From Heterodontus francisci (Eukaryota): a DNA stretch of 64,000 bases. This document shows positions 25,310-37,149 of the stretch, piece by piece. The position numbers and the translations under genes are program-made. How positions within the stretch are numbered: the first letter of the stretch is position 1; every line of letters starts with the position of its first letter. The stretch covers positions 129,796,421 through 129,860,420 of the forward strand of contig NC_090374.1 of the NCBI RefSeq assembly GCF_036365525.1, given 5' to 3'. The notes below the pieces were generated by a model. The model was not told the origin of the DNA. It saw only the letters and a list, made by a program, of their open reading frames with translations, and made no database searches.

Positions 25310-25590
25310 GAATATAAAAGGTAAAAGAATATATTACAAGGAAACACTACTGAACAGAATATGATTTTTCACTAGAGTATAAATAATTACTACTGACAGC
25401 ATTAATATAGCTGGTAATACCAATAAAATGGAAAACAGAAAGATCCACAGAAAACAGAGTGAATCAGAGAGAAAATGGATGACAGATATAATAGACTGGA
25501 TGCAGCTGACCTATGCAGAATGTGTAAGGACAGCGGTGGAGATCTATGGCAGTCAGCCTTCGGGGAAGACGATGACACCAACGAACAAAT
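25310..25590 (+). mobile_element. Possible RTE-clade LINE 3' fragment
   Basis: RKWMTDIIDWMQLTYAECVR resembles the C-terminal W..DI..W segment of RTE ORFs. Short and degenerate. Confidence 0.4.
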
Positions 25591-25649
25591 ACCAATATCA
25601 GGACTGGATCAATGGTCACCGTGGTCTTCCAACGCCAACGGTCTACGTT

Positions 25650-25720
25650 TATGTGTACGTGTACACACATACACACACGTGCGCACACGCGCGCACACAC
25701 GCACGCACACACACACACAC
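25650..25720. repeat. Compound (CA/CG/TG) microsatellite
   Basis: About 70 bp of unbroken purine-pyrimidine alternation. Confidence 0.9.
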
Positions 25721-25861
25721 CACCACCACCCCCCAAACGTGTCTAACAAATAACCCAGACACATCCTTGTGCAATTAGCTACAGTGTTCATGATGAACAG
25801 CCTTTAGTTGGAGGAATAGGATAAGAGTGAATACTTGTAAAGACTGCCACACTGAACAGAC

Positions 25862-25932
25862 CTCAGTTACTTGCTCTGGAGAGGACTCAGTAAGATTGTT
25901 CCGGAATTCAGAATTAATCTTCTGTCTTGCAG
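25862..25932 (-). CDS. LYRM7: LYRM7 coding exon 3 (71 nt)
   Basis: tgtttag|ct+ARQKINSEFRNNLTESSPEQVTE|gtctgt. Phases are consistent with exons 2 and 4. Confidence 0.93.
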
Positions 25933-28149
25933 CTAAACAGCAGGACACAAAATCAGTTTCCCTGTACTATCAAATTCTAACACAAATATTCATCAATTCA
26001 AGTCTGATATATTAAAACAATGATCCAGGATTGAGTAATTTTTTTCAGGGTTCCGAGAAACATCACAAGTTTTATAAATATTAAAATAACCTCTAAAGAC
26101 AAAGCTCGGTATCACCAAACATAAAGAAAAGAACAAATGGATCAGAAAATTGCAATGTAACAAACACAATTGTGAACAAAATATAACAAAAATTCCCTTA
26201 TCATCATAAAGTTGACCCATCTCCCAAGAATATAATGGAAATTGGTACAGAATCCAGAATCCCTCACTTTTGACCTTAAGCACCGAATAAAGCAATACCC
26301 TCGACAAGGGAATGAAGACATGCATAGTATAAGCCTTTCTTAGGTTGAGATTGATTCGAGTTAATCAGGAGAAGGTTGGTGTTGGTAGACTGTGCAATGA
26401 GGCACTGTTCTGTGCAAGATTTTGTCCTAGCAGATAACCAAGATGGCAGATAATAGGAGTATGGATAACAGGCCAGTGTAGTTAGATGTGGGTTGCTCGA
26501 ATAGGTTGAGAGACAGTGTATCCATCGTTTAAAACATATTGAGCATGAGGAAGAGTATTACCACTGCAGTGGCAAAAAGAGGAAAAGGATACAAGATGGT
26601 CGGCGTGAATAGTCAGCTTTATTTTCCTTTGCTCAATGCTTTGGACATCGTCCTCTCCAAAATTTTGAAAATACATTGGGTTTGAATTTTTGAATCTTGC
26701 AAGCTGTTGTCAGATTAGATGATTCCTGTTAAACTCCAGTATGAAGAATGAATTGGCTATATATTGATTCAAAAGCCCTGTTACCTACACAATGATATAA
26801 ATTTAAAGTGAAATATGTGTCAAATTAAATGATAATCAGAAGGGAAGGTGGATAAAGAATTTCCTCATGATGCTTTTGCTCCATCTCTATTTTTGGTCCA
26901 AACTGAAATTTACTGTTTCTTAATGGTTGCTTATTAAGAAGTAACAGAGAATAAATATTTCCAGATGCAGCAATTTCATGACCTTTACTCTTCCCTAGTA
27001 CATTAACAGGCATGAAAATTACAGATATATATGAAGCGTGACTGAATTTAAGAGATCACTGATCTCCAGTTGAGCATCACTCTCCTGGGAATCCAACTGA
27101 AAATAAAAGGGTCTAGCTGCACATAGACATGCAATGTTCAAAACTATCCAAAGGCCCAAAATATGGGCTCAGAGCTGGGCCAGGCCTCCAAAGTGCTTAA
27201 AATTTAGATTAAGTTTGGAATAACTCAAGTTACGTCAGTGGAAGTGAAATGTCTGCCTTCCATGTCTCTGAACTACGGGGTAGTTTTCTTAAAAGATCAT
27301 CCAAATCAAGTTTTGCAGAAGTCAGAGTTTGACAGAGAAAAGAATCGGATTGGTTCGCACCAATTCACAATTGAAACCTGGAAACTGAACAAAAAATGTT
27401 AATACAGTTACATTGTACATTAGTAAGCAGCTTGTAGAGTTATGTTTATGATTTTGTTTGCTGACATACTACAGGTATGGTCAACCTTCTAAAATTTGAA
27501 CCTAAAACAATTGTATAACAAGTTTAAATATAGTCTACTTAAAGATATTTTTAACCTAGCGAAATTTAACTTTTTATATTTGTTGTTTTCAATTATTTAC
27601 TTGCAATCTAGACTGTGTGCTCTCTCACTTCTCTTTTCCCATATTTTTCCCTCACACATTATTCATCATTACCTTTGTCTCATTCCTTTGCTCCCTAATT
27701 CACTCACTCTTCTATTCCTTCCATTTCATATCTCCTCCTCTCAGTCCATCATTCTTCCTTGCCTTCCTTCCCTTTCTTATTTTCAGTTACTGTCACCAGC
27801 TCTAAATCTAAACATTAACTATAAGACAGGTAATAGTATCCGGTATCTTTTTTTGCTGTGGACATAGGTAGTGCTAAGAATTTCTGCTTATGGCATTACT
27901 GTGCTTTTCGGGGCAAGAGAATTAGCAGTTAAAGAACACTGATGCTACACTGCCAAGAACATTTGGAATTTCATCTCCAAATCATGCTTTATTTTCCACT
28001 GAAATGCAAGGAATGAAACTCCACACAAGTTTTAGTGTCTAATGTAACAACTCCATATACCAAAACACCACCTTGTTCACAGCCTATCTTGTCATTTGTC
28101 ACAGGAATAGGTATTGATTGGAAAGTCCCATTTTTTCTAAAAATGTCTC

Positions 28150-29720
28150 TAATGAAGTAGATAAATCACCAGGCCTGGATGAAATGTATCCAGGCTGTTA
28201 AGAGAAGCAAAGGAGGAAATAGTAGAGGCTCTGACCATCATTTTCCAATCCTCTCCAGCTACAGGTGTGGTGCTGGAGGACTGTTAACATTGTACTGTTG
28301 TTTAAAAAAAGAGGCAGGGATAGACCAAGTAATTACAGGCCAGTTAGTCTAACCTCAGTGGTGTAAAGATTATTGAAAAAAAATTCTGAGGGACAGTATT
28401 AATCTCCACTTGGAGAGACAAGGATTAATCAGGGATTGTCAGCATGGACTTGTCAGGGGGAAGACCGTGTCTAACAAACTTGATTGAATTTTTTGAGGAG
28501 GTGACTAGATGCGTAGATGAAGGTAAGACAGTTGATGTAGTCTACATGGACTTCAGTAAGGCTTTTGATAAGGTCCCGCATGGTTGATTGGTCAAGAAGG
28601 TAAGACCCCATGGGATCCAGGGCAATTTGGCAAAGTGGATCCAAAATTGGCTTAGTGGCAGGAGGCAGAGGGTGATAGTCGAGGGTTGTGTTTGCAAGTA
28701 GAACCCTGTGACCAGTGGTGTACCGCAGGAATCGGTGCTGGGACCCTTCCTGTTTGTAGTGTACATTAATGATTTAGACGTGAATATAGGACGCATGATC
28801 AGTAGGTTTGCAGATGACACGCAAATTGGTGGTGTCGTAAACAGTGAGGAGGAAAGCCTTAGATTACAGGGAGATATAGATGGGCTGGTAAGATGGGCGG
28901 AGCAGTGGCAAATGGAATTTAATCCTGAGAAGTGTGAGGTGATGCATTTTGGGAGGACTAACAAGGCAAGGGAATATACAATGGATGGTAGGACGCTAGG
29001 AAGCACAGAGGGTCAGAGGGACCTTGGTCTACTTGTCCATAGATCACTGAAGGCAGCAGCACAGGTAGATAAGGTGGTTAGGAAGGCATATGGGATACTT
29101 GCCTTTATTAGCCAAGGCATAGAATATAAGAGCAGGGAGGTTATGATGGAGTATAAAATGCTAGTTTGGCCACAGCTGGAGTACTGTGTACAGTTCTGGT
29201 CACTGTACTATAGGAAGGATGTGATTGCACTGGAGAGGGTGCAGAGGAGATTCACCAGGATGTTGCCTGGGCTGGAGCATTTAAGCTGTGAAGAGAGGCT
29301 GGATAGGCTAGGGTTGTTTTCCTTCGAGCAGAGAAGGCTGAGGGGGGACCTGATTGAGGTATACAAAATTATGAGGGACATTGTTGGGATAGATAGGAAG
29401 AAACTATTTCCCTTAGCAGAGGGATCAATAACCAGGGGGCATAGATTTAAGATAAGGGGCAGGAGGTTTAGAGGAGTTTTGAGGAAAAACATTTTCACCC
29501 AGAGGTTGGTTGGAATTTGGAACACACTACCTGAAGGAGTGGTAGGGGCAGGAACCCTCACAACATTGAAGAAGTATTTAGATGAGCACTTGAAACGTCA
29601 TAGCATACAAGGCTACGGGCCAAATGCTGGAAAATGGGATTCGAATATAGGTGCTTGATGGCCGACACAGACACAATGGGCTGAAGGGCCTGTTTCTGTG
29701 CTGCTTAACTCTGTGACTCT
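28150..29720 (+). mobile_element. CR1 (HER1-like) LINE 3' half
   Basis: ORF 28708-29658 encodes the RT C-half (SGVPQ.SVLGP, RFADDT) and is followed by a 3' UTR. Confidence 0.93.
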
Positions 29721-29721
29721 A

Positions 29722-30420
29722 ATGTCCATAGATCCCTGAAGGGTAGCAGGATAGATAGATAAGGTGATTAAGAAAGCATATGGGCTACTTTCCTTTATTA
29801 GGTGAGAACTGAATATAAAAGCAGGAAGCTTCTGCTAGAACTGTATAAAACATTAGTTAGACCACAGCTAGAGTACTGCATTCAGTTCTGGTCACTGCAT
29901 GACAGGATGGATGTGATCGCACGAGAGAGGGTACAGAGGAGATTTATGAGGATATTGCCTGGACTGGAGAATTTTAGCTATGAGGAAAGATTGGTTAGTC
30001 TGGAGTTGTTTTCTTTGGAACAGAGGAGGCTGAAGGAAGATTTACTTGAAGTATATAAAATTGAGTGGTCTAGATAGCGTGAATAGGAAGGACCCATTTC
30101 CCTTAGCAGAGAGGTCAATAACCAGAGGTCACAGATTTAAAGCAATTGGTAGAAGAATTGGAGGGGGCAGGGGGTTTCAGGAGAAATTTCTTCACCCAGG
30201 TGGTTGGGGCGGTCTGCAACTCACTGCCTGAAAGGGTGGAAAGAGGCAGAAGACTTCATCGCATTTAAAAAGTACTTGAATACACACCTGAAGTGCAGTA
30301 GTCTACAAGGCTACAGACCAAGAGCTAGAAAGTGGAATTAGGCCAGATAGGTATTTTTGGCTGGCATAGACACGATGTGTGGAATGGCTACGTTCTGTGC
30401 CATAAATTTCTATGATTCTA
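29722..30420 (+). mobile_element. Second CR1 3' fragment, tandem to the previous one
   Basis: ORFs 29802-30077 and 30046-30231, ending in a ctatgattcta tail. Confidence 0.85.
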
Positions 30421-31323
30421 TTCCCTAAAACACAGACTCAATATACTACGTGCAGTTTGCAAAGTCGATTATTGCAATTCCATGCCCCCACCTAAAAATA
30501 GAACTTTTATACCAAAGGATACACCAGCTATTTGAAGAAATTTGATCATCTCTGTGTGAAGAATGGAAAACTGCTTTTATTGTGAAAGATTCAGTGTCTA
30601 TGATATTTTATAGTGCTGTTCTTGTCTCAGTGTCAGCCGAACTCGGTTGGGAGCACTCACCCCCCCAAGTCATAAGGTTATGAGCTGAAATATCAATTTA
30701 GATTTATACATATAATCTAGCTTGACAATTTCTGATTGACACCCAGTGCCAGAAAGTGCATAACATGGCTATTATGTGAGGATCATATCTGACTTGGCTG
30801 TGAGTCCCCCAAAATCAAATAGTTGGCTGACACTGCACGAACAAGACACGTGCACACACTAAGAATTGTCACTTGGCTGAATTACCAAATGACTGCATTT
30901 CCCTGTGAAGCTGTGGCCTACCATAAGCCAGCACCTTTAAGAATAGGGTGAGGAGCACAGAAAAATGTATATTTTTGTGAAAAGGTACGGTGTCAGTCAG
31001 ATTTTTCACTTTAGGCAGGTTGGATCTTTGCAAATTAGTTCAGTAAGGGTATTTTTTGTCCATAAAATGTACACTTACTGCAATATATAGCTCAAGATTG
31101 CACTGTAAGCCACAAAAGAATGTACAGGCTTGGTAGGCATCACAATTCCACAATACCTTCCCTTTTTACTTCCAGAGGTAAACAGATAAGTTTTAGATGG
31201 GACACACTCACATCAGGTGATAAATATTGTATCACTCTATTGTGCGCCGATACGCTTACTTTCAAGAACTACATCTACACCAGTTCTACCAATAGTATTC
31301 TTATCACATTTAATTCAGCTTAC

Positions 31324-31396
31324 CTTCTAGAGCTTGACTGTCGCCTTTAAACACGTGTTTTCTTGTTCTATGTAAAGCCTTGAAAAGCTGCAATAC
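31324..31396 (-). CDS. LYRM7: LYRM7 coding exon 2 (73 nt, LYR-motif region)
   Basis: tttcactttggaag|VLQLFKALHRTRKHVFKGDSQALE+g|gtaagc. LFK variant of the LYR motif, as in other LYRM7 proteins. Confidence 0.95.
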
Positions 31397-31873
31397 CTTC
31401 CAAAGTGAAAAGATGAAAAAACAGATATATTCCAGTACTGATATATAACCTACAATTGTTTTTATCACCATCAATTTACAAAAACAGCTACTAGCCTATT
31501 AATAGGTTCATCAGCATATATGCTAGTTTTACTACACAGTTGATGCCAACTTAATGCAGCTTTGCATTTACAACCAGGGAACTAGCATATAACAAATGGA
31601 GTAAAATCATCCACATTGAAGACTACGAAGAGATGCAAAACTACTTCACTGGCGGCTGGTGCAAAACAAGCGTCAAATTGTTCCTGAGCAGTCTGCTATA
31701 CAACCTGGGAATTTGTTAAGCTGCTCAATACCAGTAAACAGCCAATTTATTGACATTAAATTTAAAATGCGAAGTATGGCTTGTTTGACTGGACAGCAGT
31801 CTTGAGCTGGTAACATAATTCAGGTCTGCTGGCTCTGCATAGCTGGAAACAGTTATCAAACCAGAACATGTAG

Positions 31874-32549
31874 GGCTGAATTTTACCCTCGATGGATGGA
31901 AGCAGTCCACAGACTGAAAAATCGGTGGCGCATCAGCCTAGCTTGGGGATCCGGACAACATTTTACAGTCCCCAGGCCTTTAACTGGTCTGAGGTGGGAC
32001 TTCCAGCGCTACCGGGAGCGGTGGCCACTGCTGGGACTGCAACCTAGCTTCGAGAAGAAGAGAAAGGACAGCCCCAGGAAAAGGTAAGTTTTTGAAGCCT
32101 TGCTGGGGGTGATCAGTCAGGCTCCGGCAAGGCAAGGGTGATCGATTGGCAGGATGGTGGGGGGGAGGGGGTGCGTGTTGGGGGTGGTTAGGGCATCGGG
32201 GACAGCCCTCCGTCGGGCACAGGGCACCTGATCATGAGGTCCCCCTTCCAGGCCATCAGAAAGCCACCTGCTTTTGTCAGGCGGCTTTTCTCAGGATTGG
32301 GCCGCCCGACCGGCCACGGGTAAAATCCCTGTGGTGGCGGGCGGAGGCCCTCAAGTGGCCGTTAACTGGCCATTTAGGGCCTTGATTGGCCTGGGGCGGG
32401 TGGGCCGGTGTTCGCCGTAGCCGCCCTGCATAAAATGGCGGCGGAGGCGGGAGCGGGTCGGGAAGGGGCCCCCCTCCCCCGAGCCTCCCACTCCATTTTA
32501 TGCTCCCCCCTACCCACTCTGTGGTGGAGGGGAGGCATAAAATTCTAGC
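31874..32549 (+). mobile_element. Harbinger-related MITE in LYRM7 intron 1
   Basis: Starts ggctgaatttta, identical to the Harbinger TIR, and ends taaaattctagc. GC-rich, non-coding, homologous to 12406-13046. Confidence 0.7.
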
Positions 32550-32864
32550 AGTAGTCTAACATCAACAAAATAAATAAATATTGAAAGTGACAGCAAACTA
32601 AAAAACTAAAAAGTTGTTTGGTTTTTAAGAGTAGCAGGCATTAAAACAGAGTATATTTTAAAGTTAAACAAATAATTTTCACTGCTAGTGCATCTCTGTT
32701 GCAACTCTCACAGCATATACAATAATGCGACAGATGTAATCGGGAGAACTGGCTTCAGAGTCTGAATGGCCCACCTCTGTTATGTAATAACTATTTTCTG
32801 TTGTCTGGAGAAACAGTTCAACTGTTCCAACACTGCTGATCAGCCTCCCACATTCATACTCAAG

Positions 32865-33700
32865 GTCATTGTAAAATCTGCTGCACATGTCCTTTCTCAC
32901 AAGTCCTCTTCACCCATGACCCCTATGTTAAATGACCTACCTTGGTTCTCAGTTAAGCAATGTATCAATTTTAAAATGTTCATCCTGGTTTAAAAATCCT
33001 TCCATGGCCTCACCCCTCCCCTGGAATCTCCTCCAGCCATTCAACCTTCCAAATTATAACCCTCCATGATCTTACTAAATGGCAGAGCAGACTCAAGGGG
33101 CCAAATGGCCTACTCCTGCTCCTATAAACATAAAATTAAAATAAGGGGTCTCCCATTTAAGACAGGGATGAGGAGATTTTTTTTTCTACCAGAGGATGTC
33201 TGTGGAATTCTCTTCCCCAGAGAGCAGTGGAGGCAGGGTCATTGAACAATTTTAAGGCTGAGTTGGATACATTCTTGATTGACAAGGGAGTCAAAGGTTA
33301 GAGCAGACAGACATAAAAGTAGAGTTCAGGCCACAATCAGATCAGCCATGATCTTATCAAATGGCAGAGCAGGCTCAAGGGGCCGAATGGCCTACACCTC
33401 CTAATTCGTATGTTCTTTTTTTTCATTCTTATGAGATATCTGTACTCCCCCAATTCTGCCCTCTTGAACATCCCCAATTTTAACCATTCCACCATTGGCA
33501 GCTACGTCTTCAGATGTCTAGGCTCTAAGCTCTGGAATTCCCTCCCTAAACTTCTCTTTCCTCCTTTAAGACGGTCCTTAAAACATTTGACCCAACTTTT
33601 GGTCATCTACCTCATGTCACCTTATATGTCCAGGTGCCCAGTTTTGTTTGATAATACGCCTGATATGTGCCTTGGTTTGTCCCAGGGTATAAAGATATAA
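32865..33700 (+). mobile_element. L2 3' fragment split by a CR1 3' fragment (about 33055-33415)
   Basis: L2 motifs (PM.PML.DL.W; KLWNSLP) flank a CR1 tail that matches 11750-12005. Confidence 0.7.
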
Positions 33701-33926
33701 GCTCATCCTGCTGTTTGTTGCTGTTTAAAGAAACATTCGGTGCTTCCCGAGCTCAGTATTTGCAGCGTTCGGTCAAAGCGCCTCGGCGCAATGTCAATGA
33801 ACTCTCCGGAGGGATCTCTGACCACATCGCGAACAAGGGACCCATACTCTGCCTCTTGTTTTTTAAGCACTGCCCTGCCAGCTTTCCGGACTCATGCCTG
33901 TCCGCCAAAACAAAGGCAACACTCAC

Positions 33927-33944
33927 CTTGCGGCGTGTGTCCAT
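33927..33944 (-). CDS. LYRM7: LYRM7 coding exon 1 (18 nt)
   Basis: gcgATGg MDTRRK|gtgagt in a CpG-rich patch. The five exons total 318 nt, giving 105 aa plus stop. Confidence 0.9.
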
Positions 33945-34050
33945 CGCGCATGGGCCAGCCTAGGCCACGCCCTCTGCCGCAACAATGTATCAGATCTACC
34001 TCCGTACGGGCGCTGCCCTGGGACAAGCCACTACACAGCCTGGTCGAAAA
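33945..34050 (-). promoter_or_regulatory. Probable LYRM7 promoter / 5' UTR
   Basis: CpG-enriched, with a GC-box variant ccacgccc (33965) and NRF1-like gcgcatgggc (33946-33955). The TSS is unknown. Confidence 0.5.
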
Positions 34051-34502
34051 AGCAATTTTGCAAAGTTTTTTTTAGAGGCTGGCCAGCACGAAAACATGAA
34101 AATCAGTTTAGCATGAAGAGGACATTATATAGTGTAAAAGTATTTGTACTACATGGAAGGTTTAACTTTATGTTCCAAGTCACTGTCTAAGTTTCTTTAT
34201 ACTTTCTTTAAAAGTATTAGAAATTTGATGTTAAACTTTTGAAGAAAGGAGTAGGTCATTCCGCTCCTCAAACTTGGTCTGCTGTTCAGTTAGATCATCG
34301 CTAATCTGCATCTGAAGTCCACCCATCCGCATTAGTTGCATAATCCCTAATACTCTTGTCTAACCAAAATCTATCAATCCCAGTTCTGAAATTTTCAATT
34401 TGACCTAGCTTTTTGGGGGAGAGTTTCAGAGTTTCATTATCCTTTGTGTGGAGTGGTGACTTCTGGTATCACTCCAGAATGCTGTAACTCTAATTTTAAG
34501 GT

Positions 34503-34720
34503 AATAAAAACAAGAAATGCTGGAAATACTCAACAGGTCTGGCAGCATCTGTGGAGAGAGAAGCAGAGTTAACGTTTCAGGTCAGTGACCCTTCTTCAGA
34601 ACTGACCTGAAACATTAACTCTGCTTCTCTCTCCACAGATGCTGCCAGACCTGCTGAGTATTTCCAGCATTTCTTGTTTTTATTTCAGATTTCCAGCATC
34701 CGCATTATTTTGCTTTTATT
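34503..34720. mobile_element. Penelope-type fold-back insertion with 13-bp TSD
   Basis: About 82-bp inverted arms (34503-34585 / 34602-34684). Direct repeat ctaattttaaggt at 34490-34502 and 34721-34733. Homologous to 61321-61456. Confidence 0.85.
34567..34603 (-). ncRNA. Minimal type I hammerhead ribozyme (Penelope-associated)
   Basis: Minus strand reads AGUU-CUGAAGA-A-GGGUC-ACU-GACCU-GAAA-CGUU-AACU: intact core, stems I and II, and a palindromic stem III. Confidence 0.72.
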
Positions 34721-35440
34721 CTAATTTTAAGGTTATGTCCCCTTGTGCTGATTCCTCCACCAGAGGAAATAGTTTCTCTGTCTCACCCCCTAGCATATCA
34801 TTTAACCTCCTAAACACTTCAATTAGATCACTCCTAATCTTCTATACTGAAGGGAATACTAATTTACTCTATGCAACCTGTCCTCATAATTTAACCCTTT
34901 TAACCACAGTATCAATCTGGTAAATCTGCACTGCACCCACTCTAAGGCCAATATATATTTCCTGGGGAGTGATACCCATAACTGAAAGCAGTACTCTATA
35001 TGAGGTCTAACTAAAGCTTTATATAACTGTAACGTAACTTTGTATTCCAACCCACTTGAGATAAAGGTCAACGTCCTATTAGCCTTTTAAATTATTTTTT
35101 GCACCTGTCTGCTGGCTTTTAGTGATTTCTGTACTTGGCCACCTAGATCGCTCCACCTGCACAGTGCCTAGCTTCTGACCATTTAGAAAATACTCTGATC
35201 TATATTTCGTAGATCCTCACTTTTCCCCACATTGAACTCCATCAGCCACAGTTTTGCCCACTCACTTAATCTATCAAAGTTCCTTTGCAACCTTGTTCTC
35301 CCATCTATTCTATTTACTGTACCACTTAACTTGGATATGTCACTCTTTATTCCTTCACCTAAGTCATTTATAAGTGTATTGAAAAGCTGAGGCCTCAGTA
35401 CAGATCCCTGGGCACATCACTAGTCACATACTTCCAATTT

Positions 35441-35815
35441 TCTTTTATTTGTTCATGGGATGTGGGTGTCGCTGGCTAAGCCACCATTTATTGCCCATCT
35501 TTAATTGCCCATGAACTGAGTGGCTTCTTAGGTCATTTCAGAGGGCAATTAAGAGTGTTTTTGGAGTCACATGTAGGCCAGACCAGGTAAGAACGGCAGA
35601 TTTCCTTCCCCAAAGGACATTAGTGAACCAGATGGGTTTTTACAACAATTGGCAATGGTTTCATGGTCACCATTAGACTAGCTTTTAATTCCAGATTTTT
35701 TATTAATTGAATTCAAATTTCACCATCTGCCAAGGTGGGATTTGAACCCATGTCCCCAGAGCATTAACCTGGGCCTCTTACTTACTAGTCCAGAGACATT
35801 ACCACTATGCCACCT
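35441..35815 (-). mobile_element. tRNA-derived SINE (family of 4611-5015)
   Basis: Reverse complement matches the 4611 copy along its length. Confidence 0.82.
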
Positions 35816-36624
35816 ACTCAGAACTGGAATGTTTCAGAACTGAGAATTGGAGTACATACCAATTATTGCTACTTTCTGTCTCCTGCCTGCTAACCAATTC
35901 CTTATCGATCTCAATTGGCTGCCTCCAACTGGATGTGCTCCCATTTTTGTTAGCACTCTGTATGCATAACCTGATTGAATGTCTTCTGAAAGTCCATAGA
36001 AATAACATACATAAACATTTCCTTATCTACCACATTAATTACCTCCTAAAAATAGGTCCCTTAGACATGGTTTATCTGTTAGAATTTCATGCTGGCTGTC
36101 TCTGATCAGTTCATGTTTGTCCAAGTGCCCAGTCACTCTGTCCCTAATAATAGATTCTAGTAACTTCCCCAAAACAGCCATTAAAATGATAGGCCCATAA
36201 GTTCTGAGTTTATCTCTCTTATTCTTCCTAAATAGTGGAGCTTTGTTGGCAATTTTCCAATCCTAAGGGACAAGTCCTGAATTAAGAGTGATCATGACTA
36301 ATGCATTTGTCATTTACTTCACCTACTTCTTTTAATATGCTGGGATGGAAACCATCAGGGTTTGAAGATTTGTCTATCTTTAGGCTTGTTATTTTCTCCA
36401 TTAACATTTTCTAATTCATATTACATCCAATAAGTTCTTTCCCTTGATTTAATGTTACTTTTTCACATATATTTGGTACTTTATCTTTATCCTCTACTGT
36501 GAAGATTGATACAAAGTAAGTATTTAGCAAGTCTGTCATTTTCTGAAGTTTGACAGATAGGTAATAAAGATGTGTGAAGGATAGAAAATGCTGCTTGACA
36601 TACTCACTCTAAATTCCATTGCTG

Positions 36625-37040
36625 GTTCTGCCGGTCAAGCAACGTCTCGATTGTAAAATTCTCATCCTTGTTTTCAAATCCCTCCATGGCCTTGCCCCTC
36701 CCTATCTCTAATCTCCTCTAACCCCACAATCCTCCAAGATATCTGCCCCTCTACTTCTGGCCTCTTGAGCATCCCTGATTTTAATCACTCCACCATTGGT
36801 GGCCGCGCCTTCAGTTGCCTAGGTCCCAAGCTCTAGAATATCCACCTGACATCTCTCCACCTTGTTTTCCTCCTTTAAGATATACCTTAAAACCTACTTC
36901 TTTGACCAAGCTTTTGGCCATAAGACCTAATATCTCCTTTTGTGGCTTGGTTTATACTTTATTTTATAATGTTCCTTGAAAGTAACTTGGGGCGTTTTAT
37001 TACGTTAAAGGTGCTATACAAATATAAGTTGTTGTTGTTG
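36625..37040 (+). mobile_element. L2 LINE 3' end with (GTT)n tail
   Basis: Homologous to 32950-33700 and ends ataagttgttgttgttg. Confidence 0.75.
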
Positions 37041-37149
37041 ATTGTCCACCAAAACTTCAACGGATGATCCACAGAAACCACAACCTTCTGCTGAAGTTAT
37101 ACCAGATGATTGTGAGAACCTCACTGGAAATTTTATTGTTTTTGTCATA

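Larger units (their letters stand above)
34240..36545 (-). mobile_element. Decayed CR1 hosting Penelope and SINE insertions
   Basis: ORF 34859-35071 reads LQLYKALVRPHIEYC, and further RT remnants run to about 36545. Confidence 0.75.

Noticed and set aside
34503-34684. miRNA precursor or DNA-transposon MITE
   Set aside because: The arms are Penelope terminal-repeat sequence with a 13-bp TSD and an asymmetric extension.
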